Numbered from the stretch's first letter, positions 22,955 to 37,806 are shown. The stretch is 64,000 nt of DNA from Yuukianura sp. NJ FZ-2021 (GCA_046563655.1 CM102283.1:4898001-4962000), one strand, 5' to 3'. Program-made: numbers and translations. Notes: generated by a model from the sequence alone, not told the origin.

Positions 22955-25900
22955 AAGCCTTATATCCCTTCCACGATGGTTCTGCGTCAGATGTTAGGTG
23001 AAAAATTGCTTTACACTGGTTTCAAAAAACCGTGTAATAATCATAAAGGTCAATGTATTACTACCAAGTCTCTATAGCGTAAAAGTTGAAAATTCTTCAA
23101 AGGCCTTACATCCATTCCACGATGATTCTGCATCAGATGTTAGGTGAAAAATTGCTTTACACTGGTTTCAAAAAACAGTGTGAAAATCATAAAATGTCAA
23201 TGTATAACTAGCAAGTCCGTATAGCGTAAAAGTTGAAAATTCTTCAAAAGCCTTATATCCCTTCTACGATGATTCTGCGTCAGATGTTAGGTGAAAAATT
23301 GCTTTGCACTGGTTTCAAAAAACCGTGTAAAAATCATAAAATGTCAATGTATTACTACCAAGTCCCTATAGCGTAAAAGTTGAAAATTCTTCAAAAGCCA
23401 TATATCCCTTCCACGATGGTTCTGCGTCAGATGTTAGGTGAAAAATTGCTTTGCACTGGTATCAAAAAACCGTGTGAAAATCATAAAACGGCAATGTATT
23501 ACTACCAAGTCTCTATAGCGTAAAAGTTGAAAATTCTTCAAAGGCCTTATATCCCTTCAACGATGATTCTGGGGTCAGATGTTAGGTGAAAAATTTCTTT
23601 AAATTTATTTTACATACACTGGTTTCAAAAAACCGTGTGTAATTATAAAATGTCAATGTATAACTAACAAGTCCGTATAGCGTAAAAGTTGAAAATTCTT
23701 CAAAAGCCTTATATCCCTTCCACGATGGTTCTGCGTCAGATGTTAGGTGAAAAATTGCTTTACACTGGTTTCAAAAAACAGTGTGAAAATCACAAAATGT
23801 CAATGTATAACTAGCAAGTCCGTATAGCGTAAAAGTTGAAAATTCTTCAAAAGCCTTATATCCCTTCTACGATGATTCTGCGTCAGATGTTAGGTGAAAA
23901 ATTGCTTTGCACTGGTTTCAAAAAACCGTGTAAAAATCATAAAATGTCAATGTATTACTACCAAGTCCCTATAGCGTAAAAGTTGAAAATTCTTCAAAAG
24001 CCATATATCCCTTCCACGATGGTTCTGCGTCAGATGTTAGGTGAAAAATTGCTTTGCACTGGTATCAAAAAACCGTGTGAAAATCATAAAACGGCAATGT
24101 ATTACTACCAAGTCTCTATAGCGTAAAAGTTGAAAATTCTTCAAAGGCCTTATATCCCTTCAACGATGATTCTGGGGTCAGATGTTAGGTGAAAAATTTC
24201 TTTAAATTTATTTTACATACACTGGTTTCAAAAAACCGTGTGTAATTATAAAATGTCAATGTATAACTAACAAGTCCGTATAGCGTAAAAGTTGAAAATT
24301 CTTCAAAAGCCTTATATCCCTTCCACGATGGTTCTGCGTCAGATGTTAGGTGAAAAATTGCTTTACACTGGTTTCAAAAAACCGTGTAAAAATCATAAAG
24401 GTCAATGTATTACTACCAAGTCTCTATAGCGTAAAAGTTGAAAATTCTTCAAAGGCCTTACATCCATTCCACGATGATTCTGCATCAGATGTTAGGTGAA
24501 AAATTGCTTTACACTGGTTTCAAAAAACAGTGTGAAAATCATAAAATGTCAATGTATAACTAGCAAGTCCGTATAGCGTAAAAGTTGAAAATTCTTCAAA
24601 AGCCTTATATCCCTTCTACGATGATTCTGCGTCAGATGTTAGGTGAAAAATTGCTTTGCACTGGTTTCAAAAAACCGTGTAAAAATCATAAAATGTCAAT
24701 GTATTACTACCAAGTCCCTATAGCGTACAAGTTGAAAATTCTTCAAAAGCCATATATCCCTTCCACGATGGTTCTGCGTCAGATGTTAGGTGAAAAATTG
24801 CTTTGCACTGGTATCAAAAAACCGTGTGAAAATCATAAAACGGCAATGTATTACTACCAAGTCTCTATAGCGTAAAAGTTGAAAATTCTTCAAAGGCCTT
24901 ATATCCCTTCAACGATGATTCTGGGGTCAGATGTTAGGTGAAAAATTTCTTTAAATTTATTTTACATACACTGGTTTCAAAAAACCGTGTGTAATTATAA
25001 AATGTCAATGTATAACTAACAAGTCCGTATAGCGTAAAAGTTGAAAATTCTTCAAAAGCCTTATATCCCTTCCACGATGGTTCTGCGTCAGATGTTAGGT
25101 GAAAAATTGCTTTACACTGGTTTCAAAAAACCGTGTAAAAATCATAAAATGTCAATGTATTACTACCAAGTCTCTATAGCGTAAAAGTTGAAAATTCTTC
25201 AAAGGCTTTACATCCATTCCACGATGATTCTGCGTCAGATGTTAGGTGAAAAATTGCTTTACACTGGTTTCAAAAAACAGTGTGAAAATCATAAAATGTC
25301 AATGTATAACTAGCAGGTCCGTATAGCGTAAAAGTTGAAAATTCTTCGAAAGCCATATATCCCTTCCACCATGATTCTGCGTCAGATGCTACATGACAAA
25401 TTGCTTTACGTTGGTTTCAAAAAACCGTATGAAAATCATAAAATGTCAATGTATTACTACCAAGTCCCTATAGCGTAAAAGTTGAAAATTCTTCAAAAGC
25501 CTTATATCCCTTCCACGATGATTCTGCGTCAGATGCTACATGACAAAATGCTTTACGTTGGTTTCAAAAAACCGTATGAAAATCATAAAATGTCAATGTA
25601 TTACTACCAAGTCCCTATAGCGTAAAAGTTGAAAATTCTTCAAAAGCCTTATATCCCTTCTACGATGGTTCTGCGTCAGATGTTAGGTGAAAAATTGCTT
25701 TGCACTGGTATCAAAAAACCGTGTGAAAATCATAAAACGGCAATGTATTACTACCAAGTCTCTATAGCGTAAAAGTTGAAAATTCTTCAAAGGCCTTATA
25801 TCCCTTCAACGATGATTCTGGGGTCAGATGTTAGGTGACAAATTGCTTTAAATTTATTTTACATACACTGGTTTCAAAAAACCGTGTGTAATTATAAAAT

Positions 25901-28900
25901 GTCAATGTATAACGAGCAAGTCCGTATAGCGTAAAAGTTGAAAATTCTTCAAAAGCCTTATATCCCTTCCACGATGGTTCTGCGTCAGATGTTATGTGAA
26001 AAATTGCTTTACACTTTTTTTCAAAAAACCGTGCAAAAATCATAAACTGTCAATGTATTACTACCAAGTCCCTATAGCGTAAAAGTTGAAAATTCTTCAA
26101 AGGCCTTATATCCCTTCGACGATGATTCTGCGTCAGATGTTAGGTGACAAATTGCTTTAAATTTATTTTACATACACTGGTTTCAAAAAACCGTGTGTAA
26201 TTATAAAATGTCAATGTATAACTAGCAAGTCCTTATAGCGTAAAAGTTGAAAATTCTTCGAAAGCCATATATCCCTTCCACCATGATTCTGCGTCAGATG
26301 CTACATGACAAATTGCTTTACGTTGGTTTCAAAAAACCGTATGAAAATCATAAAATGTCAATGTATTACTACCAAGTCCCTATAGCGTAAAAGTTGAAAA
26401 TTCTTCAAAAGCCTTATATCCCTTCCACGATGATTCTGCGTCAGATGTTATGTGAAAAATTGCTTTACACTGGTTTCAAAAAACCGTGCAAAAATCATAA
26501 ACTGTCAATGTATAACTAACAAGTCCGTATAGCGTAAAAGTTGAAAATTCTTCAAAAGCCTTATATCCCTTCCACGATGGTTCTGCGTCAGATGTTAGGT
26601 GAAAAATTGCTTTACACTGGTTTCAAAAAACCGTGTAAAAATTATAAAATGTCAATGTATTACTACCAAGCCTCTATAGCGTAAAAGTTGAAAATTCTTC
26701 AAAGGCTTTACATCCATTCCACGATGATTCTGCGTCAGATGTTATGTGAAAAACTGCTTTACACTGGTTTCAAAAAACCGTGCAAAAATCATAAACTGTC
26801 AATGTATAACTAACAAGTCCGTATAGCGTAAAAGTTGAAAATTCTTCAAAAGCCTTATATCCCTTCCACGATGGTTCTGCGTCAGATGTTAGGTGAAAAA
26901 TTGCTTTGCACTGGTATCAAAAAACCGTGTGAAAATCATAAAACGGCAATGTATTACTACCAAGTCTCTATAGCGTAAAAGTTGAAAATTCTTCAAAGGC
27001 CTTATATCCCTTCAACGATGATTCTGGGGTCAGATGTTAGGTGACAAATTGCTTTAAATTTATTTTACATACACTGGTTTCAAAAAACCGTGTGTAATTA
27101 TAAAATGTCAATGTATAACGAGCAAGTCCGTATAGCGTAAAAGTTGAAAATTCTTCAAAAGCCTTATATCCCTTCCACGATGGTTCTGCGTCAGATGTTA
27201 TGTGAAAAATTGCTTTACACTGGTTTCAAAAAACCGTGCAAAAATCATAAACTGTCAATGTATTACTACCAAGTCCCTATAGCGTAAAAGTTGAAAATTC
27301 TTCAAAGGCCTTATATCCCTTCGACGATGATTCTGCGTCAGATGTTAGGTGACAAATTGCTTTAAATTTATTTTACATACACTGGTTTCAAAAAACCGTG
27401 TGTAATTATAAAATGTCAATGTATAACTAGCAAGTCCTTATAGCGTAAAAGTTGAAAATTCTTCGAAAGCCATATATCCCTTCCACCATGATTCTGCGTC
27501 AGATGCTACATGACAAATTGCTTTACGTTGGTTTCAAAAAACCGTATGAAAATCATAAAATGTCAATGTATTACTACCAAGTCCCTATAGCGTAAAAGTT
27601 GAAAATTCTTCAAAAGCCTTATATCCCTTCCACGATGATTCTGCGTCAGATGTTATGTGAAAAATTGCTTTACACTGGTTTCAAAAAACCGTGCAAAAAT
27701 CATAAACTGTCAATGTATAACTAACAAGTCCGTATAGCGTAAAAGTTGAAAATTCTTCAAAAGCCTTATATCCCTTCCACGATGGTTCTGCGTCAGATGT
27801 TAGGTGAAAAATTGCTTTACACTGGTTTCAAAAAACCGTGTAAAAATTATAAAATGTCAATGTATTACTACCAAGCCTCTATAGCGTAAAAGTTGAAAAT
27901 TCTTCAAAGGCTTTACATCCATTCCACGATGATTCTGCGTCAGATGTTATGTGAAAAACTGCTTTACACTGGTTTCAAAAAACCGTGCAAAAATCATAAA
28001 CTGTCAATGTATAACTAACAAGTCCGTATAGCGTAAAAGTTGAAAATTCTTCAAAAGCCTTATATCCCTTCCACGATGGTTCTGCGTCAGATGTTAGGTG
28101 AAAAATTGCTTTACACTGGTTTCAAAAAACCGTGTAAAAATCATAAAATGTCAATGTATTACTACCAAGTCTCTATAGCGTAAAAGTTGAAAATTCTTCA
28201 AAGGCTTTACATCCATTCCACGATGATTCTGCGTCAGATGTTAGGTGAAAAATTGCTTTACACTGGTTTCAAAAAACAGTCTGAAAATCATAAAATGTCA
28301 ATGTATAACTAGCAAGTCCGTATAGCGTAAAAGTTGAAAATTCTTCGAAAGCCATATATCCCTTCCACCATGATTCTGCGTCAGATGCTACATGACAAAT
28401 TGCTTTACGTTGGTTTCAAAAAACCGTATGAAAATCATAAAATGTCAATGTATTACTACCAAGTCCCTATAGCGTAAAAGTTGAAAATTCTTCAAAAGCC
28501 TTATATCACTTCCACGATGATTCTGCGTCAGATGTTATGTGAAAAATTGCTTTACACTGGTTTCAAAAAACCGTGCAAAAATCATAAACTGTCAATGTAT
28601 TACTACCAAGTCCCTATAGCGTAAAAGTTGAAAACTCTTCAAAGGCCTTATATCCCTTCGACGATGATTCTGCGTCAGATGTTAGGTGACAAATTGCTTT
28701 AAATTTATTTTACATACACTGGTTTCAAAAAACCGTGTGTAATTATAAAATGTCAATGTATAACTAGCAAGTCCGTATAGCGTAAAAGTTTAAAGTTCTT
28801 CGAAAGCCTTATATCCCTTCCACGATGATTCTGCGTCAGATGTTATGTGAAAAATTGCTTTACACTGGTTTCAAAAAACCGTGCAAAAATCATAAACTGT

Positions 28901-31900
28901 CAATGTATAACTAACAAGTCCGTATAGCGTAAAAGTTGAAAATTCTTCAAAAGCCTTATATCCCTTCCACGATGGTTCTGCGTCAGATGTTAGGTGAAAA
29001 ATTGCTTTACACTGGTTTCAAAAAACCGTGTAAAAATCATAAAATGTCAATGTATTACTACCAAGTCTCTATAGCGTAAAAGTTGAAAATTCTTCAAAGG
29101 CTTTACATCCATTCCACGATGATTCTGCGTCAGATGTTAGGTGAAAAATTGCTTTACACTGGTTTCAAAAAACAGTGTGAAAATCATAAAATGTCAATGT
29201 ATAACTAGCAAGTCCGTATAGCGTAAAAGTTGAAAATTCTTCGAAAGCCATATATCCCTTCCACCATGATTCTGCGTCAGATGCTACATGACAAATTGCT
29301 TTACGTTGGTTTCAAAAAACCGTATGAAAATCATAAAATGTCAATGTATTACTACCAAGTCCCTATAGCGTAAAAGTTGAAAATTCTTCAAAAGCCTTAT
29401 ATCACTTCCACGATGATTCTGCGTCAGATGTTATGTGAAAAATTGCTTTACACTGGTTTCAAAAAACCGTGCAAAAATCATAAACTGTCAATGTATTACT
29501 ACCAAGTCCCTATAGCGTAAAAGTTGAAAACTCTTCAAAGGCCTTATATCCCTTCGACGATGATTCTGCGTCAGATGTTAGGTGACAAATTGCTTTAAAT
29601 TTATTTTACATACACTGGTTTCAAAAAACCGTGTGTAATTATAAAATGTCAATGTATAACTAGCAAGTCCGTATAGCGTAAAAGTTTAAAGTTCTTCGAA
29701 AGCCTTATATCCCTTCCACGATGATTCTGCGTCAGATGTTATGTGAAAAATTGCTTTACACTGGTTTCAAAAAACCGTGCAAAAATCATAAACTGTCAAT
29801 GTATAACTAACAAGTCCGTATAGCGTAAAAGTTGAAAATTCTTCAAAAGCCTTATATCCCTTCCACGATGGTTCTGCGTCAGATGTTAGGTGAAAAATTG
29901 CTTTACACTGGTTTCAAAAAACCGTGTAAAAATCATAAAATGTCAATGTATTACTACCAAGTCTCTATAGCGTAAAAGTTGAAAATTCTTCAAAGGCTTT
30001 ACATCCATTCCACGATGATTCTGCGTCAGATGTTAGGTGAAAAATTGCTTTACACTGGTTTCAAAAAACAGTGTGAAAATCATAAAATGTCAATGTATAA
30101 CTAGCAAGTCCGTATAGCGTAAAAGTTGAAAATTCTTCGAAAGCCATATATCCCTTCCACCATGATTCTGCGTCAGATGCTACATGACAAATTGCTTTAC
30201 GTTGGTTTCAAAAAACCGTATGAAAATCATAAAATGTCAATGTATTACTACCAAGTCCCTATAGCGTAAAAGTTGAAAATTCTTCAAAAGCCTTATATCC
30301 CTTCCACGATGATTCTGCGTCAGATGCTACATGACAAAATGCTTTACGTTGGTTTCAAAAAACCGTATGAAAATCATAAAATGTCAATGTATTACTACCA
30401 AGTCCCTATAGCGTAAAAGTTGAAAATTCTTCAAAAGCCTTATATCCCTTCTACGATGGTTCTGCGTCAGATGTTAGGTGAAAAATTGCTTTGCACTGGT
30501 ATCAAAAAACCGTGTGAAAATCATAAAACGGCAATGTATTACTACCAAGTCTCTATAGCGTAAAAGTTGAAAATTCTTCAAAGGCCTTATATCCCTTCAA
30601 CGATGATTCTGGGGTCAGATGTTAGGTGAAAAATTTCTTTAAATTTATTTTACATACACTGGTTTCAAAAAACCGTGTGTAATTATAAAATGTCAATGTA
30701 TAACTAACAAGTCCGTATAGCGTAAAAGTTGAAAATTCTTCAAAAGCCTTATATCCCTTCCACGATGGTTCTGCGTCAGATGTTAGGTGAAAAATTGCTT
30801 TACACTGCTTTCAAAAAACCGTGTAAAAATCATAAAGGTCAATGTATTACTACCAAGTCTCTATAGCGTAAAAGTTGAAAATTCTTCAAAGGCCTTACAT
30901 CCATTCCACGATGATTCTGCGTCAGATGTTAGGTGAAAAATTGCTTTACACTGGTTTCAAAAAACAGTGTGAAAATCATAAAATGTCAATGTATAACTAG
31001 CAAGTCCGTATAGCGTAAAAGTTGAAAATTCTTCGAAAGCCATATATCCCTTCCACCATGATTCTGCGTCAGATGCTACATGACAAATTGCTTTACGTTG
31101 GTTTCAAAAAACCGTATGAAAATCATAAAATGTCAATGTATTACTACCAAGTCCCTATAGCGTAAAAGTTGAAAATTCTTCAAAAGCCTTATATCCCTTC
31201 CACGATGATTCTGCGTCAAATGTTATGTGAAAAATTGCTTTACACTGGTTTCAAAAAACCGTGCAAAAATCATAAACTGTCAATGTATAACTAACAAGTC
31301 CCTATAGCGTAAAAGTTGAAAATTCTTCAAAGGCCTTATATCCCTTCGACGATGATTCCGAGTCAGATGTTAGGTGACAAATTGCTTTAAATTTATTTTA
31401 CATACACTGGTTTCAAAAAACCGTGTGTAATTATAAAATGTCAATGTATAACGAGCAAGTCCGTATAGCGTAAAAGTTGAAAATTCTTCAAAAGCCTTAT
31501 ATCCCTTCCACGATGGTTCTGCGTCAGATGTTATGTGAAAAATTGCTTTACACTGGTTTCAAAAAACCGTGCAAAAATCATAAACTGTCAATGTATTACT
31601 ACCAATCCCTATAGCGTAAAAGTTGAAAATTCTTCAAAGGCCTTATATCCCTTCGACGATGATTCTGCGTCAGATGTTAGGTGACAAATTGCTTTAAATT
31701 TATTTTACATACACTGGTTTCAAAAAACCGTGTGTAATTATAAAATGTCAATGTATAACTAGCAAGTCCTTATAGCGTAAAAGTTGAAAATTCTTCGAAA
31801 GCCATATATCCCTTCCACCATGATTCTGCGTCAGATGCTACATGACAAATTGCTTTACGTTGGTTTCAAAAAACCGTATGAAAATCATAAAATGTCAATG

Positions 31901-34900
31901 TATTACTACCAAGTCCCTATAGCGTAAAAGTTGAAAATTCTTCAAAAGCCTTATATCCCTTCCACGATGATTCTGCGTCAGATGTTATGTGAAAAATTGC
32001 TTTACACTGGTTTCAAAAAACCGTGCAAAAATCATAAACTGTCAATGTATAACTAACAAGTCCGTATAGCGTAAAAGTTGAAAATTCTTCAAAAGCCTTA
32101 TATCCCTTCCACGATGGTTCTGCGTCAGATGTTAGGTGAAAAATTGCTTTACACTGGTTTCAAAAAACCGTGTAAAAATTATAAAATGTCAATGTATTAC
32201 TACCAAGCCTCTATAGCGTAAAAGTTGAAAATTCTTCAAAGGCTTTACATCCATTCCACGATGATTCTGCGTCAGATGTTAGGTGAAAAATTGCTTTACA
32301 CTGGTTTCAAAAAACAGTGTGAAAATCATAAAATGTCAATGTATAACTAGCAAGTCCGTATAGCGTAAAAGTTGAAAATTCTTCGAAAGCCATATATCCC
32401 TTCCACCATGATTCTGCGTCAGACGCTACATGACAAATTGCTTTACGTTGGTTTCAAAAAACCGTATGAAAATCATAAAATGTCAATGTATTACTTCCAA
32501 GTCCCTATAGCGTAAAAGTTGAAAATTCTTCAAAAGCCTTATATCCCTTCCACGATGATTCTGCGTCAGATGCTACATGACAAAATGCTTTACGTTGGTT
32601 TCAAAAAACCGTATGAAAATCATAAAATGTCAATGTATTACTACCAAGTCCCTATAGCGTAAAAGTTGAAAATTCTTCAAAAGCCTTATATCCCTTCTAC
32701 GATGATTCTGCGTCAGATGTTAGGTGAAAAATTGCTTTGCACTGGTTTCAAAAAACCGTGTAAAAATCATAAAATGTCAATGTATTACTACCAAGTCCCT
32801 ATAGCGTAAAAGTTGAAAATTCTTCAAAAGCCATATATCCCTTCCACGATGGTTCTGCGTCAGATGTTAGGTGAAAAATTGCTTTGCACTGGTATCAAAA
32901 AACCGTGTGAAAATCATAAAACGGCAATGTATTACTACCAAGTCTCTATAGCGTAAAAGTTGAAAATTCTTCAAAGGCCTTATATCCCTTCAACGATGAT
33001 TCTGGGGTCAGATGTTAGGTGAAAAATTTCTTTAAATTTATTTTACATACACTGGTTTCAAAAAACCGTGTGTAATTATAAAATGTCAATGTATAACTAA
33101 CAAGTCCGTATAGCGTAAAAGTTGAAAATTCTTCAAAAGCCTTATATCCCTTCCACGATGGTTCTGCGTCAGATGTTAGGTGAAAAATTGCTTTACACTG
33201 GTTTCAAAAAACCGTGTAAAAATCATAAAGGTCAATGTATTACTACCAAGTCTCTATAGCGTTAAAGTTGAAAATTCTTCAAAGGCCTTACATCCATTCC
33301 ACGATGATTCTGCATCAGATGTTAGGTGAAAAATTGCTTTACACTGGTTTCAAAAAACAGTGTGAAAATCATAAAATGTCAATGTATAACTAGCAAGTCC
33401 GTATAGCGTAAAAGTTGAAAATTCTTCAAAAGCCTTATATCCCTTCTACGATGATTCTGCGTCAGATGTTAGGTGAAAAATTGCTTTGCACTGGTTTCAA
33501 AAAACCGTGTAAAAATCATAAAATGTCAATGTATTACTACCAAGTCCCTATAGCGTAAAAGTTGAAAATTCTTCAAAAGCCATATATCCCTTCCACGATG
33601 GTTCTGCGTCAGATGTTAGGTGAAAAATTGCTTTGCACTGGTATCAAAAAACCGTGTGAAAATCATAAAACGGCAATGTATTACTACCAAGTCTCTATAG
33701 CGTAAAAGTTGAAAATTCTTCAAAGGCCTTATATCCCTTCAACGATGATTCTGGGGTCAGATGTTAGGTGAAAAATTTCTTTAAATTTATTTTACATACA
33801 CTGGTTTCAAAAAACCGTGTGTAATTATAAAATGTCAATGTATAACTAACAAGTCCGTATAGCGTAAAAGTTGAAAATTCTTCAAAAGCCTTATATCCCT
33901 TCCACGATGGTTCTGCGTCAGATGTTAGGTGAAAAATTGCTTTACACTGGTTTCAAAAAACCGTGTAAAAATCATAAAGGTCAATGTATTACTACCAAGT
34001 CTCTATAGCGTAAAAGTTGAAAATTCTTCAAAGGCCTTACATCCATTCGACGATGATTCTGCATCAGATGTTAGGTGAAAAATTGCTTTACACTGGTTTC
34101 AAAAAACAGTGTGAAAATCATAAAATGTCAATGTATAACTAGCAAGTCCGTATAGCGTAAAAGTTGAAAATTCTTCAAAGGCCTTATATCCCTTCAACGA
34201 TGATTCTGCGTCAGATGTTAGGTGAAAAATTGCTTTGCACTGGTTTCAAAAAACCGTGTAAAAATCATAAAATGTCAATGTATTACTACCAAGTCCCTAT
34301 AGCGTAAAAGTTGAAAATTCTTCAAAAGCCATATATCCCTTCCACGATGGTTCTGCGTCAGATGTTAGGTGAAAAATTGCTTTGCACTGGTATCAAAAAA
34401 CCGTGTGAAAATCATAAAACGGCAATGTATTACTACCAAGTCTCTATAGCGTAAAAGTTGAAAATTCTTCAAAGGCCTTATATCCCTTCAACGATGATTC
34501 TGGGGTCAGATGTTAGGTGAAAAATTTCTTTAAATTTATTTTACATACACTGGTTTCAAAAAACCGTGTGTAATTATAAAATGTCAATGTATAACTAACA
34601 AGTCCGTATAGCGTAAAAGTTGAAAATTCTTCAAAAGCCTTATATCCCTTCCACGATGGTTCTGCGTCAGATGTTAGGTGAAAAATTGCTTTACACTGGT
34701 TTCAAAAAACCGTGTAAAAATCATAAAGGTCAATGTATTACTACCAAGTCTCTATAGCGTAAAAGTTGAAAATTCTTCAAAGGCCTTACATCCATTCCAC
34801 GATGATTCTGCATCAGATGTTAGGTGAAAAATTGCTTTACACTGGTTTCAAAAAACAGTGTGAAAATCATAAAATGTCAATGTATAGCTAGCAAGTCCGT

Positions 34901-36280
34901 ATAGCGTAAAAGTTGAAAATTCTTCGAAAGCCATATATCCCTTCCACCATGATTCTGCGTCAGATGCTACATGACAAATTGCATTACGTTGGTTTCAAAA
35001 AACCGTATGAAAATCATAAAATGTCAATGTATTACTACCAAGTCCCTATAGCGTAAAAGTTGAAAATTCTTCAAAAGCCTTATATCCCTTCCACGATGAT
35101 TCTGCGTCAAATGTTATGTGAAAAATTGCTTTACACTGGTTTCAAAAAACCGTGCAAAAATCATAAACTGTCAATGTATTACTACCAAGTCCCTATAGCG
35201 TAAAAGTTGAAAATTCTTCAAAGGCCTTATATCCCTTCGACGATGATTCTGCGTCAAATGTTATGTGAAAAATTGCTTTACACTGGTTTCAAAAAACCGT
35301 GCAAAAATCATAAACTGTCAATGTATTACTACCAAGTCCCTATAGCGTAAAAGTTGAAAATTCTTCAAAGGCCTTATATCCCTTCGACGATGATTCTGCG
35401 TCAGATGTTAGGTGACAAATTGCTTTAAATTTATTTTACATACACTGGTTTCAAAAAACCGTGTGTAATTATAAAATGTCAATGTATAACGAGCAAGTCC
35501 GTATAGCGTAAAAGTTGAAAATTCTTCAAAAGCCTTATATCCCTTCCACGATGGTTCTGCGTCAGATGTTAGGTGAAAAATTGCTTTACACTGGTTTCAA
35601 AAAACCGTGTAAAAATCATAAAATGTCAATGTATTACTACCAAGTCTCTATAGCGTAAAGGTTGAAAATTCTTCAAAGGCCTTATATCCCTTCAACGATG
35701 ATTCTGCGTCAGATGTTAGATGACAAATTGCTTTAAATTTATTTTACATACACTGGTTTCAAAAAACCGTGTGTAATTATAAAATGTCAATGTATAACTA
35801 GCAAGTCCGTATAGCGTAAAAGTTGAAAATTCTTCGAAAGCCATATATCCCTTCCACCATGATTCTGCGTCAGATGCTACATGACAAATTGCTTTACGTT
35901 GGTTTCAAAAAACCGTATGAAAATCATAAAATGTCAATGTATTACTACCAAGTCCCTATTGCGTAAAAGTTGAAAATTCTTCAAAAGCCTTATATCCCTT
36001 CCACGATGATTCTGCGTCAGATGTTATGTGAAAAATTGCTTTACACTGGTTTCAAAAAACCGTGCAAAAATCATAAACTGTCAATGTATTACTACCAAGT
36101 CCCTATAGCGTAAAAGTTGAAAATTCTTCAAAGGCCTTATATCCCTTCAACGATGATTCTGGGGTCAGATGTTAGGTGAAAAATTTCTGTAAATTTATTT
36201 TACATACACTGGTTTCAAAAAACCGTGTGTAATTATAAAATGTCAATGTATAACGAGCAAGTCCGTATAGCGTAAAAGTT
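22955..36280. repeat. Satellite array, 147-bp monomer (161/162-bp long variants), about 89 monomers, with higher-order repeats
   Basis: The anchor AAAAGTTGAAAATTCTT recurs at 23081, 23228, 23375 and 23522 (147 spacing), then 23684 (162). Diagnostic variants recur at spacings of about 603, 749, 896-897 and 1206 bp. Confidence 0.98.
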
Positions 36281-36285
36281 CATTA

Positions 36286-37465
36286 CCTTCATATATCACC
36301 TTATATCCAGTGATGGCGGGAAGAGAAATCACTCCACATTACACCTAGGCTATATCAGTGATCACCCCATATTCCAAAATCCCACTCCACTCGGTGAAAC
36401 TCGTGAGGCCGAGTAATCATCGGAGAAGGGGGGGGAGCTGAGGGGAAGAGAAAGTGTTCATTAACTCCTTTCTCCACCCTTTGGCGATTCAATGAGGATG
36501 CTTTCTTCAATGGGAGCTGATGAACTGGACACTGGGAACTCGTTTGTGAGATTTCCCACAGTTTCCCACTTTCCTACATCCTAGGCAAAACTTAATGGCC
36601 AATTCAGATTTCAGACAGTATTTTTTTTTTATTTGTATGTAGCCGCTCCCTACGGGCCCTAAGCCCATGGAGCCATAAAATCATTTGCCTCTAAACGGGT
36701 CACAGGGAGTTCGAATTACAGGATCATGCATTAATCGTCTTGATGGAAAGCTGAAGTTGAGAAATTGCTCAATAAGGCTAAATCAGGGTCACATTTCGTT
36801 GCGTTGATGAGCTGCTGAGTTAGGAATGTGCTAACGAAAATCGAATCGCCTGTTTCTTTTAATTGTTTACCATCTGTAATTTGAACTTTAACCAAAAATG
36901 ACACGGTTTAACTTCAGTTTCAAGTCAGGTAATGTCCATTTTGCATTACTGAAACAAAATATTGTTAAAACTAACTTCCGGCGCCGGACTTGTTATTTTA
37001 ATTTAATTATTTAATTATCTAAAAAGGTTATGTGTTTATGGAAAAATGGATGAAGAACCTTGACTTTAATGGGAAAGTCAAGAAACGGAAAGTCAAGCAC
37101 CGAAATTGACCAAGAATTACATTTAACTTCAAATCAACGCGCTTTAATTCTGAGCGTCAGCTTTAAAGTTGACCCACGACGCAAGGCTCAATGTGATTCG
37201 GGCTTAATCCGCGCGCTCCGGCTGGCTTACTCCCCAAAGTTACAGTCACTTCCGATAGCACTTCAGTCAAAGAAGAAAGCATCCTAGTTGAAGCGACAAG
37301 GGGTGGAGAACACTGTGAATGAAAACTTTCTCTTCCCCCCTCTCCCTCCCCGCGATTTGGAGGAGTGGGAGTTTGAGTTCTGGGGTGGTCGCTTGGTATA
37401 GCTTAGGTGTAATGTGGAGTGATTTGTCTTCCCGCCATCACCGGATATATGGTGATATATGAAGG
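36286..37465. mobile_element. Non-autonomous element with ~70-bp TIRs abutting the satellite end
   Basis: CCTTCATATATCACCTTATATCCAGTGATGGCGGGAAGAGAAATCACTCCACATTACACCTAGGCTATA (from 36286) is the inverted repeat of 37397-37465, with about 4 mismatches. No coding remnant or TSD recognised. Confidence 0.75.
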
Positions 37466-37636
37466 CGAATTCTGACGCTTGGATTGGCTGTTGGAGGTGA
37501 ATTCTGACAACCTGATTGGTTCTATATCTGAACCTACCTATAAAAACTCTATTACGTGGGGGTACATTATCTTGTCCCTTCTTCCTGCGGCAGCAGGCCG
37601 ATGCTGTTTTCTCTGCACTTCAGTTTTTGCAGTTCG

Positions 37637-37806
37637 TTCAGACTTTTAGTCAGACTCTTAGACCTAATGTTATATTTTTTGTTCCTGGGTCGAGATGAGA
37701 AAGGAAAAGAGGTGTTTTCCGTACCTTCTTGTATCACAACTCATTAAATGAACATTCATTTTGAACACATGAACACTACTGGCCACGGTTGTGGTTGTCT
37801 TTCTAC
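37637..37806 (+). mobile_element. Dispersed repeat with a Helitron-like 3' end (copy 1)
   Basis: Homologous in inverted orientation to 51868-52503. Ends with the hairpin CCAC-GGTT-GTGG followed by TCTTTCTAC. Confidence 0.55.

Noticed and set aside
22955-36280. Satellite as a CRISPR array or as a coding repeat (147 = 49 codons; ORFs 24585-24875 and 25831-26043)
   Set aside because: There are no unique spacers and the context is eukaryotic. Each monomer has a TAA in that frame and many variants add TAG/TAA or frameshifts. The 96-aa ORF arises from a single TAA>TAC change at about 24727.
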